Positions 19,679-28,781 of a DNA stretch of 64,000 nt are shown piece after piece; position 1 is the stretch's first letter; each line of letters opens with the position of its first letter. The translations under genes and the position numbers were made by a program. The stretch is from a virus (Duplodnaviria > Heunggongvirae > Uroviricota > Caudoviricetes), in the IMG/VR virus record IMGVR_UViG_2657245091_000008; one strand, given 5' to 3'. Under the pieces are notes generated by a model, which made no database searches, was not told where the DNA came from, and worked only from the letters and a program-made list of their open reading frames with translations.

Positions 19679-20674
19679 ATGAGTGCAATAATCACCCCAT
19701 ATGTCGTAAATGAAACTGGTGTGGCTGTCTTTCCTGTAGATAAGCCCACCAGCAATTACATCGGCGCAGGACGTCGTTTTCTTATATCCCCATTGCCGCG
19801 TGAACAGGCTGAAAACACCCCTGATGGTGTCGTTGACCTGAATTATTCACTGGTTACCAACCAGTCACTGGCACCCTTTTTTCAAAGTGAGCGCGTATTT
19901 AACGCGTTAGGTGGTGAGGATTCTCTCGTTCACTGGGTTAGCACCAACATTCACGATTGCCAGGCGCATGATAAGCGCGATTGCAGCCACCAGCTAACCA
20001 CCCATTTCTATAACGGTTCTGCCGTTCGCCTGTGCTGGAAGCATGATGCGGAATACATGATGAAGGGATACGGCAAGCTGGAAGACCAACTGTCACTGAA
20101 TCGCGCCAACTGGATTATGAACTGGGCTGCCAGCGAGTTAAAACTTCCGCCAGATCGCGATCTGAGCATGGTTGAACTCACCTTTTGGGCCATTCGCCGG
20201 AATCTTAAAGACGAACTGCCTGATGAAGCTGGTCGCATTGCATTTTGTCAGCCAAAAACTGAAATCCCTACCGGCACTCTGAAAGAGTCGGATATTACCT
20301 GGGAGCATAGTACCCGCGAGCTGGTGGATATTTCCGCAGAGCAGATCGTCAATCTGTCCGTCGATGAAGATTCTGGCCTCCTATATATGCGCCGTCCAAA
20401 AACCTTACTCGGAAAAAGCCCGGCTTATCTCCGGTTTGTGGTGTCTCGCCCGTGTGTAGGCTGCGGCGGTAAGGTTAATCACCCATTCATGTACCGCGCC
20501 CGCTCGTTAAACGAACACGACCGCTGGGCTGTTCCTCTTTGCGATGACTGCGCCAGAAGCGCAGAAAACGATGTCCGGGCATGGGAAAAAGCACATGGCA
20601 TACGCCTTTACGTAGCCGCTAACCAGCTTTTCGACTTCGCCATCGAGCGCGGAGTAATCACGTTTAATAACTAA
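19679..20674 (+). CDS. hypothetical protein with C-terminal Cys4 zinc ribbon
   Basis: 331-aa ORF; CVGCGG...CDDC near the C-terminus. Confidence 0.5.
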   Translation: MSAIITPYVVNETGVAVFPVDKPTSNYIGAGRRFLISPLPREQAENTPDGVVDLNYSLVTNQSLAPFFQSERVFNALGGEDSLVHWVSTNIHDCQAHDKRDCSHQLTTHFYNGSAVRLCWKHDAEYMMKGYGKLEDQLSLNRANWIMNWAASELKLPPDRDLSMVELTFWAIRRNLKDELPDEAGRIAFCQPKTEIPTGTLKESDITWEHSTRELVDISAEQIVNLSVDEDSGLLYMRRPKTLLGKSPAYLRFVVSRPCVGCGGKVNHPFMYRARSLNEHDRWAVPLCDDCARSAENDVRAWEKAHGIRLYVAANQLFDFAIERGVITFNN

Positions 20675-20710
20675 TGAGATGGTTCGGATAATTCTTGGCG
20701 GGAATAACGA

Positions 20711-21589
20711 GTGACTATGCATCAAGTCGTCAGTTTTTCAGGTGGACGAACATCGGCCTATCTCGTCCATCTGATGGAGGCACAGCGAAAAGCTGGCGCT
20801 AGCGTCCATTTTATTTTTATGGATACCGGCTGTGAACATCCTCTGACGTATCGCTTTATTCGTGAGGTTGTGAAGTTCTGGAACGTACCGCTAACGGTGT
20901 TGCAGGTCGATATAAATCCAGAACTTGGGCAGCCAAATGGTTATACGGAATGGGAGCCAAAGGATATTCAGACGCGAATGCCGGTGCTTAAACCGTTTAT
21001 GGACATGGTTAAAAAGTACGGTACGCCATACATCGGCGGCGCGTTCTGTACTGACAGGCTAAAACTCACCCCTTTCACGAAATATTGCGATGACCATTTC
21101 GGACGAGGGAATTACATCACATGGCTGGGTATTCGTGCAGACGAACCCCGTAGGCTGAAACCGAAACCGGGCGTCCGGTATCTTGCCGAGCTGTCAGATT
21201 TTGATAAGTCGGATGTTATCCGGTGGTGGCGTAAACAACCTTTTGATTTGCAAATCCCGGAGCACCTCGGGAACTGTGTTTTCTGCATCAAAAAGTCAAC
21301 GCAAAAGCTGGGGCTTGCATGTAAAGACGAACCAGGTCTGATGCGAGTTTTTAATGAGCTGGTTACAGGCAAACACGTCAGGGATGATCATCGCAGAACA
21401 GGTAAAGACATTATGTACCGTGGTCACCTGACGCTTGACGGAATTGCCAGAATGTCTGCCAACAGCGACTACAGAAATTTGTATCAGGCGATGGTACAGG
21501 CCAGGCGATTCGATACCGGCTCGTGTTCAGAGTCATGTGAAATCTGGGGTGATCAATTGGAATTGAAATTCGAAGAGGTAGTGGCATGA
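20711..21589 (+). CDS. phosphoadenosine phosphosulfate reductase family protein
   Basis: N-terminal SFSGGRTS PP-loop-like motif typical of the PAPS reductase / ATP pyrophosphatase fold. Confidence 0.6.
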   Translation: MTMHQVVSFSGGRTSAYLVHLMEAQRKAGASVHFIFMDTGCEHPLTYRFIREVVKFWNVPLTVLQVDINPELGQPNGYTEWEPKDIQTRMPVLKPFMDMVKKYGTPYIGGAFCTDRLKLTPFTKYCDDHFGRGNYITWLGIRADEPRRLKPKPGVRYLAELSDFDKSDVIRWWRKQPFDLQIPEHLGNCVFCIKKSTQKLGLACKDEPGLMRVFNELVTGKHVRDDHRRTGKDIMYRGHLTLDGIARMSANSDYRNLYQAMVQARRFDTGSCSESCEIWGDQLELKFEEVVA

Positions 21590-21789
21590 CAATCGTAAAA
21601 ACCCATACCGGTACCGTGATCACCAAAGATGGCCCGCAGGTAAAAAAACTGCACCAAACAGAGCGGATGTGGGTCGTTGGCAAAAACGAGTTTTACCACA
21701 AAGAAACTGGACGCCGCCATTTTGCAGAAAATACGCGCCGCCGACTGCTGTTAGACACCATCAAGCCTATCGAGGTGAAGCATGTTTAA
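21586..21789 (+). CDS. hypothetical protein
   Basis: 67-aa ORF, coupled. Confidence 0.35.
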   Translation: MTIVKTHTGTVITKDGPQVKKLHQTERMWVVGKNEFYHKETGRRHFAENTRRRLLLDTIKPIEVKHV

Positions 21790-22021
21790 ACAGAACGAAA
21801 AAGCTATCGCTCAAATTGCTGATTATATCCCGCGTGCGTGCCGGGGTATGCAGTTGCAGGAAGCCAAAGCGCGCCTGGAGAAAAAAATTGCGCTCTATAT
21901 TGATGACGGCTGTGATGCCGCCGTTCTTAACGAGGCGTTCGCACCAGCTCTTAACAGTCATACTCGGGAGTCTTTTTTTTCGTGCATCGCAGCGCAACTC
22001 CACCAAGGAGGCATCCAGTGA
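21782..22021 (+). CDS. hypothetical protein
   Basis: 79-aa ORF, coupled. Confidence 0.4.
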   Translation: MFKQNEKAIAQIADYIPRACRGMQLQEAKARLEKKIALYIDDGCDAAVLNEAFAPALNSHTRESFFSCIAAQLHQGGIQ

Positions 22022-22662
22022 GTAACCGTTTTTACATGATGTGCTTGCGTGAAACTGTGGGTAATAACGCCTCATTCCATTGCCATAACGGCAATGGTTA
22101 CAGTTCTGATATCGATCGCGCTCATATTTACACGCTGGAAGAAGCCCAAAAAGCCTGGAATTGTGGGCGAGATATCGATCAGCCTGTTTGTGCCGATAGT
22201 GTGGATGCAATGGCTGTGTGGCACGTTGATTGCCAGTACATCCCTACAGAAAGCCTGATTGAGTCAGATTGCACTGCGTATGTGGCCTACAAAAAAGGTA
22301 GCTGGAACGGCAACGATGTTTACTGGCTTCAACACGGTGGATTGCCAACAGATGACTTCAGTAAAGCGACCATCTTTAGCGTCGCCAACAAAAACGAACC
22401 AGGAATAGTTTGGTTGCCATTTTCCATTGCTGATGCAGCAAAGCGCCGGACGTTCAATATCAATAACTTTAACCGCAGAACAATGGTTCAGGGCGCAGGT
22501 TTGGTCATGCCTGACTGGTTGAAAGAGCAGAACAGAAGAAAGAAGTCGCGAAGCGGGAAGGTGCGTTGGAATTGTCCGCATTGCGGAAAAATAACCTGGC
22601 AGTACAGCCCATATGATTTTGAAGGCTGTAGTGATTACAACTGTGAAGGATGGCGAGAATGA
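22018..22662 (+). CDS. hypothetical Cys-rich protein
   Basis: GTG start overlapping the upstream stop, AAGGAGG 6 nt upstream; C-terminal CPHCG...C cluster. Confidence 0.45.
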   Translation: MSNRFYMMCLRETVGNNASFHCHNGNGYSSDIDRAHIYTLEEAQKAWNCGRDIDQPVCADSVDAMAVWHVDCQYIPTESLIESDCTAYVAYKKGSWNGNDVYWLQHGGLPTDDFSKATIFSVANKNEPGIVWLPFSIADAAKRRTFNINNFNRRTMVQGAGLVMPDWLKEQNRRKKSRSGKVRWNCPHCGKITWQYSPYDFEGCSDYNCEGWRE

Positions 22663-23237
22663 CAATTGACTATCAAGAACTGCGCGAGGCAGCGGAACAG
22701 GCAACTCAAGACGAATGGGTAGCATATATTTTGCCGGGTCATAACGGCATTTATCCTGCGCGCACGTCTGAGGGTAGGCATTGCGGATACTTTATTGACT
22801 GTCCTGGCATTGATGGACAAAGGAATGCTGGTGCTAATGCCCGTTATATTGCGGCTATCCCACCAAAAGTTGCGCTGGCACTCCTGGGCGAAATTAAGCG
22901 CCTGGAAGACACAAATATTGATGCCATGTGCCGAATTGCAGAACTGGAAGCACGGGAAATAAAACCAGCCAAAGGCGAAGTTCTTGTCGTTGTATCTGGT
23001 TTTACTGGTTGCGGAAAAAGCGCCATTGCCGGGGAAATAGAAATTGCGATGAAGGCTATTGGTGTACCGGTTCAGTGGACTAATGGCGATGCAGAAAAGC
23101 GCATGACTGGTGCTGACTGGCTGACAGCAATTGAGATGTACAAACCAACTGTGCGCATCGTGGAAGTTAATGTGCCACGCGTCGCTGGCATTCGCATCAA
23201 AGGAGACGCAGGAGAGCAAAACGATGAAAAACCGTAA
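22650..23237 (+). CDS. hypothetical protein with Walker-A-like motif
   Basis: 195-aa ORF; SGFTGCGKS resembles a P-loop. Confidence 0.45.
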   Translation: MARMTIDYQELREAAEQATQDEWVAYILPGHNGIYPARTSEGRHCGYFIDCPGIDGQRNAGANARYIAAIPPKVALALLGEIKRLEDTNIDAMCRIAELEAREIKPAKGEVLVVVSGFTGCGKSAIAGEIEIAMKAIGVPVQWTNGDAEKRMTGADWLTAIEMYKPTVRIVEVNVPRVAGIRIKGDAGEQNDEKP

Positions 23238-23412
23238 AGCAAAGATTCTGTTAGTTCGTAGAAACGCTCCTGGCGTCTGGCAGTGGGTGAGACTCAGCAA
23301 CCGACGGATGGGGTTGATGAAATATTACGGGATGATGGATTGTGGTTTTTGCAAAAAGCCCAGCGCGGCGCAAAACCGCTGGAAAAACCACTTGCGCACT
23401 AAAGGAGAGTGA
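23224..23412 (+). CDS. hypothetical small Cys-containing protein
   Basis: Start at the internal ATG overlapping the upstream stop. Confidence 0.35.
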   Translation: MKNRKAKILLVRRNAPGVWQWVRLSNRRMGLMKYYGMMDCGFCKKPSAAQNRWKNHLRTKGE

Positions 23413-23413
23413 T

Positions 23414-23929
23414 ATGGCGTTAACACACCGCGAACTCTGTCAGATTGCGTATAAGTTCCTTAAGCGCAACGGGTTCAAGGTTTGTTTTCATGACCGCTTT
23501 ATAGCTGTAACCAGTACCGGAGAACAGCCAGATGCTATGGGATTCAGAAATTCAGCATCATGCCTGATAGAGGCGAAGTGTTCTCGTGCTGACTTGTTGG
23601 CAGATAGAAAAAAGCGTTTTCGTAAAAATCCATCTCTTGGAATGGGCGACTGGCGATTCTTTATTAGTGAGCCGGGAATTATTTCAGTTGAGGATTTACC
23701 ACCTGGCTGGGGATTACTTCACGTTGTTAACGGAAGAGTACGGAAAGTACATGGGTGGCCCAAGGGTAATTGCTGTTGGGGTAATCCTGACGATAAGCCA
23801 TTTACTGGAAATAAGCAGGTTGAATGCGATTACATGTTATCTGCATTAAGGCGCATGGAGTTGAGAGGGCACCTTAATGAAATATATGACGGTGTAATTG
23901 TTAATAAGAAAGAAGGAAACGCGGCATGA
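23414..23929 (+). CDS. PD-(D/E)xK nuclease-like protein (MmcB-like)
   Basis: D...EAK arrangement (DAMGF...LIEAKCSRAD); start at MALTHREL. Confidence 0.4.
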   Translation: MALTHRELCQIAYKFLKRNGFKVCFHDRFIAVTSTGEQPDAMGFRNSASCLIEAKCSRADLLADRKKRFRKNPSLGMGDWRFFISEPGIISVEDLPPGWGLLHVVNGRVRKVHGWPKGNCCWGNPDDKPFTGNKQVECDYMLSALRRMELRGHLNEIYDGVIVNKKEGNAA

Positions 23930-24789
23930 TCACTATTACCAAAGAGCGACTGCTGACAATCAAGCAGTGGCGCGAAACATACGGACCTGATAGCAACGTT
24001 GTACTGCCAGCAGAAGAAGCGGAAGAACTGGCGCGTATCGTGCTGGCATCGCTGGAAGCAGAGCCTGTTCTGTATCAGTCCTGCACTCGCCCCACCTGGA
24101 ATAGCGGTGTTCCGTGGACGGAATGGAAAGAACGTAGTCGTGAGTGCTACGAAGACGATTTGCGTTTTACAGACACGCCTGACCATGCCGGTTGGATATA
24201 CAAATGTCGAAAACTATATACCACTCCGCCAGCGCCGATAGCGTTAGAGGCCATTGAAAACGCAATTGAATACATTCGTAGTATCGCTTTTCACATCGAT
24301 GAAGACGATTACCACGGCAAACATATTGCGTATTTCATGCGACAAGCATTGGCCTGGCTGGAAGGGCATTCATGCAGCGACGACAGACTGGGTAAAGCCG
24401 ACAATCAACCAGTACGCGGCAACCAGGCTGCCGAATCCAATCGCGGTAATGAGTGGACCGGCAATCCTGATATTGATAACGCCATCATCATGCTCGACCG
24501 CATAGATACGCTGGAAAATTGCGATGATGACCGTATTGAGGCTGTTAAGGCTGTTTTGCGTAGACTGGCAGGCAACTCTCCGGTAACTCCGGATGGTTGG
24601 ATAAGCTGTAGTGAGCGAATGCCGGATAAGTTAATTCCGGTAATGGTCATGTATGAAGACGGTGAGATGTGGTCTGCAATGTGGAATGGTAATCGCTGGG
24701 ATGATGGCACCGAATATCCGGATCCGCACTCAGTTACGCACTGGCGTGAAATGCCAGCAGCACCGAAGCAGGAGGTTAACCGTGGCTAA
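23926..24789 (+). CDS. DUF551-domain protein
   Basis: C-terminal ...HSVTHWREMPAAPK resembles the DUF551 signature. Confidence 0.55.
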   Translation: MITITKERLLTIKQWRETYGPDSNVVLPAEEAEELARIVLASLEAEPVLYQSCTRPTWNSGVPWTEWKERSRECYEDDLRFTDTPDHAGWIYKCRKLYTTPPAPIALEAIENAIEYIRSIAFHIDEDDYHGKHIAYFMRQALAWLEGHSCSDDRLGKADNQPVRGNQAAESNRGNEWTGNPDIDNAIIMLDRIDTLENCDDDRIEAVKAVLRRLAGNSPVTPDGWISCSERMPDKLIPVMVMYEDGEMWSAMWNGNRWDDGTEYPDPHSVTHWREMPAAPKQEVNRG

Positions 24790-25081
24790 CCTGCAACTTG
24801 CCGTTAAAGGTGAATACTTCGATGCCATGATTCGCGGAGAGAAAACGGAAGAGTATCGCCTGTGTAATGACTACTGGAATAAGCGAATTATGTTCCGGGA
24901 GTATGACCGCCTGATTATCACAAAGGGATATCCGAAGCGCGACGACTTCAGTCGCAGAATTGACGTCCCGTATAACGGATATGAAATAAAAACAATCACA
25001 CATCCCCACTTCGGCGATAAACCGGTAAAGGTGTTCGCGATAAAGGTAAAATTAACACGGAGTAATTATGTGGCGCGGTAA
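24782..25081 (+). CDS. ASCH-domain protein
   Basis: GTG start with GGAGG upstream; AVKGEYFDAMIRGEKTEEYR matches the ASCH GxKxxExR motif. Confidence 0.5.
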   Translation: MANLQLAVKGEYFDAMIRGEKTEEYRLCNDYWNKRIMFREYDRLIITKGYPKRDDFSRRIDVPYNGYEIKTITHPHFGDKPVKVFAIKVKLTRSNYVAR

Positions 25082-25361
25082 TAATCATGGCGGAAGCCAG
25101 ATGATACTTACCGAATATACGTTCGACCACAAAACCAATAAATCACGTTCAGTATATTTGCTTCGGCACAATAGCCGCGTAAGAAATACCGTGCTGGAGC
25201 AAAATCTGACCGTCGAAATGGATAATTTGGGAAACTTCAAGCCAACAATATCGCTTGATGATTTTCCGTGTGGTTTAAGCGAAAGAGAAGCAATGCTGAA
25301 ATTAGCAGAATGGTTACAAAGATTGAGCATTGCTATTGAAGATAACTGGATTCAACCATAA
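25068..25361 (+). CDS. hypothetical protein
   Basis: 97-aa ORF, coupled. Confidence 0.4.
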   Translation: MWRGNNHGGSQMILTEYTFDHKTNKSRSVYLLRHNSRVRNTVLEQNLTVEMDNLGNFKPTISLDDFPCGLSEREAMLKLAEWLQRLSIAIEDNWIQP

Positions 25362-25385
25362 TGAAAAACAGAAAGAAAGATTGCT

Positions 25386-25595
25386 ATGACAACATTTAGT
25401 AAATTCGCAGTAATTATGATTTTATTAATCCCCCTCACTGTTACAGCAGGGGAACAGCAACATTGCACAAAAGAGAATGAACACCCTTTCATCGTTATTC
25501 AATGCGATGACGGAACGGTGACTGTGGTTAATGTAAGAAATGACCGTGTAGCTGTTTGCCGTAAAGGCGAACCATGCAAGGAAATAAAACTATGA
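25386..25595 (+). CDS. hypothetical small secreted protein
   Basis: 69-aa ORF with signal-peptide-like N-terminus and 4 Cys. Confidence 0.4.
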   Translation: MTTFSKFAVIMILLIPLTVTAGEQQHCTKENEHPFIVIQCDDGTVTVVNVRNDRVAVCRKGEPCKEIKL

Positions 25596-26341
25596 CAAGA
25601 ATCACTAAAGAGCGTATTTCAGATATTATTTCCCGTATCGAAATGTATGGTCACGGTGCTGGATACACAGCAGATGAAGTATTGGAGCTTGCCAAAATAG
25701 CTTTAGCGCCTTGCAAGGATGGTAAAGCTATGACACTGATTGACTTGTTAGTGAAGGAATTATCTAAGGGGCGTGGATGGCCTGATGGAAAAGATTTTTG
25801 CCATCTATCCATTACGATGCCAGGTAGTAGTCGCGCTACGGTTCTTTTTGGTACGCGCCATAAAAATTACCAATCATCAAAGAATTATTCCATTGATGGC
25901 ATTATTTGCGATATCAGTGACCTTGATCGCAGTGCGTTTACATCGGTTGTCACTCGTGAACAGTATGAAGCAGCTCGCATAGCGTCTCAGAAAGTTAAGT
26001 CTGAAAGTAAGGCTTACAAGTTAGATTTTGAGCAATGGCTGGAACAGCAACGCGGGAAAATCGATGTGGACTGCGGTTGTGTGTCTGCGGAAACATTCAT
26101 GCACTGGTTGCGGGTAGCTTATGAGGCTGGCAACCATCCGGATTTTCCGGATAGTTCCCAACAATCGCCCAAGAAAAGCGTAAAAACCACTCTGGAAAGA
26201 GGCTATCTTGAGGCCGCATTAAAGATTAAGCCGGGCCATACGCTAGGCGTCATTGATGCCATGTTGGTTCATGAAATGGCTAAGGCTTTATTGCCACTGG
26301 TAGCAGATCAACATGAGGCGAGTCATGCCAACGAAAGCTGA
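25592..26341 (+). CDS. hypothetical protein
   Basis: Start at the ATG overlapping the upstream stop; about 249 aa. Confidence 0.45.
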   Translation: MTRITKERISDIISRIEMYGHGAGYTADEVLELAKIALAPCKDGKAMTLIDLLVKELSKGRGWPDGKDFCHLSITMPGSSRATVLFGTRHKNYQSSKNYSIDGIICDISDLDRSAFTSVVTREQYEAARIASQKVKSESKAYKLDFEQWLEQQRGKIDVDCGCVSAETFMHWLRVAYEAGNHPDFPDSSQQSPKKSVKTTLERGYLEAALKIKPGHTLGVIDAMLVHEMAKALLPLVADQHEASHANES

Positions 26342-26609
26342 ACTACAGACGCGTGTAGAGGAACTTGAAAAAGAGAACGCTGGCCTCAAAAAAATGCTGG
26401 CCCGGGCAGAAAGGGAGTTGTCCGGCAAACTTCTGCCAGAAGAACTGCCACCAGCAGATATACCCGAGCGAGTGTCCCGGTGGATGAAATCTTTTTGTTT
26501 GCCGTGGGAGACTTTTTGGTGCTACGACCATCGCAGATGGTGTGATGAGCTTGATAGCAGTTTCCCCTATTTTGCGGAAGGGAACTCTTGCCCTGAATGT
26601 AGGAGTTAA
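26313..26609 (+). CDS. small coiled-coil / zinc-ribbon protein (tandem paralogue A)
   Basis: 98 aa; C-terminal W..F.C.DH..W.DELDSSFPYF...CPEC shared with the next gene. Confidence 0.45.
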   Translation: MRRVMPTKAELQTRVEELEKENAGLKKMLARAERELSGKLLPEELPPADIPERVSRWMKSFCLPWETFWCYDHRRWCDELDSSFPYFAEGNSCPECRS

Positions 26610-26914
26610 TGATGACCGGCGAGCTTTATTTTAAAATGGCACGGGAGCGGCGTGTGCATCTGGATCGGATATTTCATCTCCAGAAGAGAGTAGAAGAACT
26701 GGAACGTCGTCTGAACTGTTATCCTGTTGATATGGTGTCTGCAATACCGCCGATTCCAATAGAAATGCAGATCCGCCTATGGATGGAAGAATATGGAATG
26801 CCGTGGGAGATATTTTTCTGCTTCGACCATAAACAGTGGGTAGATGAGCTGGATAATAGTTTCCCATATTTCACAGAGAACACATGCCCAGTATGCAGGA
26901 AGAACGGAATATGA
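26609..26914 (+). CDS. small coiled-coil / zinc-ribbon protein (tandem paralogue B)
   Basis: 101 aa; same C-terminal motif (WEIFFCFDHKQWVDELDNSFPYF...CPVC). Confidence 0.45.
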   Translation: MMTGELYFKMARERRVHLDRIFHLQKRVEELERRLNCYPVDMVSAIPPIPIEMQIRLWMEEYGMPWEIFFCFDHKQWVDELDNSFPYFTENTCPVCRKNGI

Positions 26915-27435
26915 CAAAATTTGGAAAGCTGGAAGCTCATTTGCTAACTCGTAACTACCGCCATGATATACACCCATATAGACAGTGGATCGATGAAAGC
27001 GAAGGAGTAGTTACATTCCCTCTATACAGGTTTGATGGGATGTTGGCTGGGTATCAGACATATAGACCAGGTGCTCCTAAGCAGCATAGCAATCCGAAGA
27101 TGGCCCGGTATTTCACGCGATCACACGGCAGACAGTTACTTTGGGGAACCTATCTTCCTTTAAAAGATGGCCCAATATGGATAACTGAGTCTATTTTTAA
27201 GAGCGCAGCTGTACACAACGCGGGCGGCAATTCGTGGGCGCTGTTAGGTTCAACTTTCTCCGCAGGATTACGCCGTCAACTTGCGATGCTGCCGTATGAC
27301 TTTCGTGTAATAGGTGACAATGATGCGGCTGGTGAATCACTTGTGAAGTCTTTCGGAAAAGGTTTTGTGGCCCCGGATCTTGACGAGCTACAACCACATG
27401 AAGTGTCTCATTTGATTTTTAGCCATAGCCAATAA
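26911..27435 (+). CDS. Toprim-domain protein
   Basis: Conserved ITES...VIGDNDAAG (Toprim Glu and DxD) arrangement; start overlaps the upstream stop. Confidence 0.45.
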   Translation: MTKFGKLEAHLLTRNYRHDIHPYRQWIDESEGVVTFPLYRFDGMLAGYQTYRPGAPKQHSNPKMARYFTRSHGRQLLWGTYLPLKDGPIWITESIFKSAAVHNAGGNSWALLGSTFSAGLRRQLAMLPYDFRVIGDNDAAGESLVKSFGKGFVAPDLDELQPHEVSHLIFSHSQ

Positions 27436-27643
27436 GCATCTCTCCCCTTTGAGGTCACAATTAGTGGCCTTAAACAATGTGTTTTCTACCTCGATTTAGC
27501 CTTTATTATCGTTTTGCATTTCTCTAATCCGGGCAACGAGGTTACGCTGATCCGTTGGTGATGAATAGTAGCAAAGCGCACAAAATCATCAGCGGTGGTT
27601 GATGTACGTAACGCGTTTGCACCAAAGGTGTCTCTTTAATGTA

Positions 27644-27663
27644 TACTGTATAAATGAACAGTA
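27644..27663 (+). promoter_or_regulatory. LexA (SOS) box
   Basis: TACTGTATAAATGAACAGTA fits CTGT-N8-ACAG exactly, 20 bp upstream of humD. Confidence 0.75.
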
Positions 27664-27682
27664 TCATTGAGGTGAAAACGCT

Positions 27683-28072
27683 ATGGGCTTCCCTTCTCCT
27701 GCGGCGGATTATGTTGAAAGCCGAATTTCTCTTGATCAGCAACTAATCAGGCATCCATCAGCAACCTACTTCATGCGGGCGGCAGACAGCCATCACCGTG
27801 AGGGAATATTGCAGGGTGCTTTGCTGGTGGTTGATTCTTCGCTTACTCCAGTTGATGGTTCGCTGCTTGTGTGCGCTATGGAGGGTGAATATCGCATAAA
27901 GAGATACCGAAAGTATCCGCGCCAGCACCTGGAGGATTTAAGCACCGGGAAGAAAGAGGCGTTACCAGTAGATGACGATGGTTACACGGGTAGTAATGCT
28001 GTTTTTGGTGTGATCACTCATGTCATCAATGATGCCCGAAGTGGGGAGTTTGATGATTGTCCGGTCATTTAA
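27683..28072 (+). CDS. humD: UmuD'-like protein (HumD)
   Basis: Begins MGFPSPAADYVE, i.e. at the position of the UmuD cleavage product; SOS box upstream; followed by phd-doc as in P1. Confidence 0.8.
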   Translation: MGFPSPAADYVESRISLDQQLIRHPSATYFMRAADSHHREGILQGALLVVDSSLTPVDGSLLVCAMEGEYRIKRYRKYPRQHLEDLSTGKKEALPVDDDGYTGSNAVFGVITHVINDARSGEFDDCPVI

Positions 28073-28144
28073 GCTGCAAAGTGCTGGTGCTTTATGCCTG
28101 TGAAGTTTATGATTGTGTACACATAACGAGTACACGAGGTGTTT

Positions 28145-28366
28145 ATGCAGTCCATTAACTTCCGTACCGCGCGCGGCAACCTTTCTGAATTGCTCAACAA
28201 TGTTGAAGCCGGGGAAGAGGTTGAAATCACCCGCAGAGGCCGTGAACCAGCAGTAATTGTCAGCAAGGCTACTTTCGAAGCCTACAAAAAGGCGGCGCTG
28301 GATGCTGAATTTGCATCCCTGTTTGACACCCTGGACTCCACCAACAAGGAACTGGTTAACCGATAA
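28145..28366 (+). CDS. phd: antitoxin Phd
   Basis: 73-aa product [39 protein letters not shown]...; GAGGTG Shine-Dalgarno; overlaps the doc start. Confidence 0.9.
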
Positions 28367-28746
28367 TGAGGCATATATCACCGGAAGAACTTATTGCGCT
28401 TCATGATGCGAATATAAGCCGCTACGGCGGCCTGCCGGGAATGTCAGATCCGGGTAGGGCAGAGGCCATTATCGGGAGAGTTCAGGCCAGAGTTGCCTAC
28501 GAAGAGATCACCGACCTTTTCGAAGTCTCCGCAACCTACCTGGTGGCTACTGCGAGAGGGCATATATTCAATGATGCCAATAAGCGTACCGCGCTAAACA
28601 GTGCGCTGCTATTTCTACGCCGTAACGGTATACAGGTATATGATTCTCCCGTGCTGGTGGAACTTGCGGTGGGGGCTGCAACTGGTGAAATCCCCGTATC
28701 TTCAGTAGCGGAAAAACTACGTGAACTATATGGTTCCAATATTTGA
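28366..28746 (+). CDS. doc: toxin Doc (Fic family)
   Basis: 126-aa product [22 protein letters not shown]..., recognisable as P1 Doc. Confidence 0.9.
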
Positions 28747-28781
28747 AAAGAAGCCCGCTCAACCAGGCGGGCTTCCTACTA

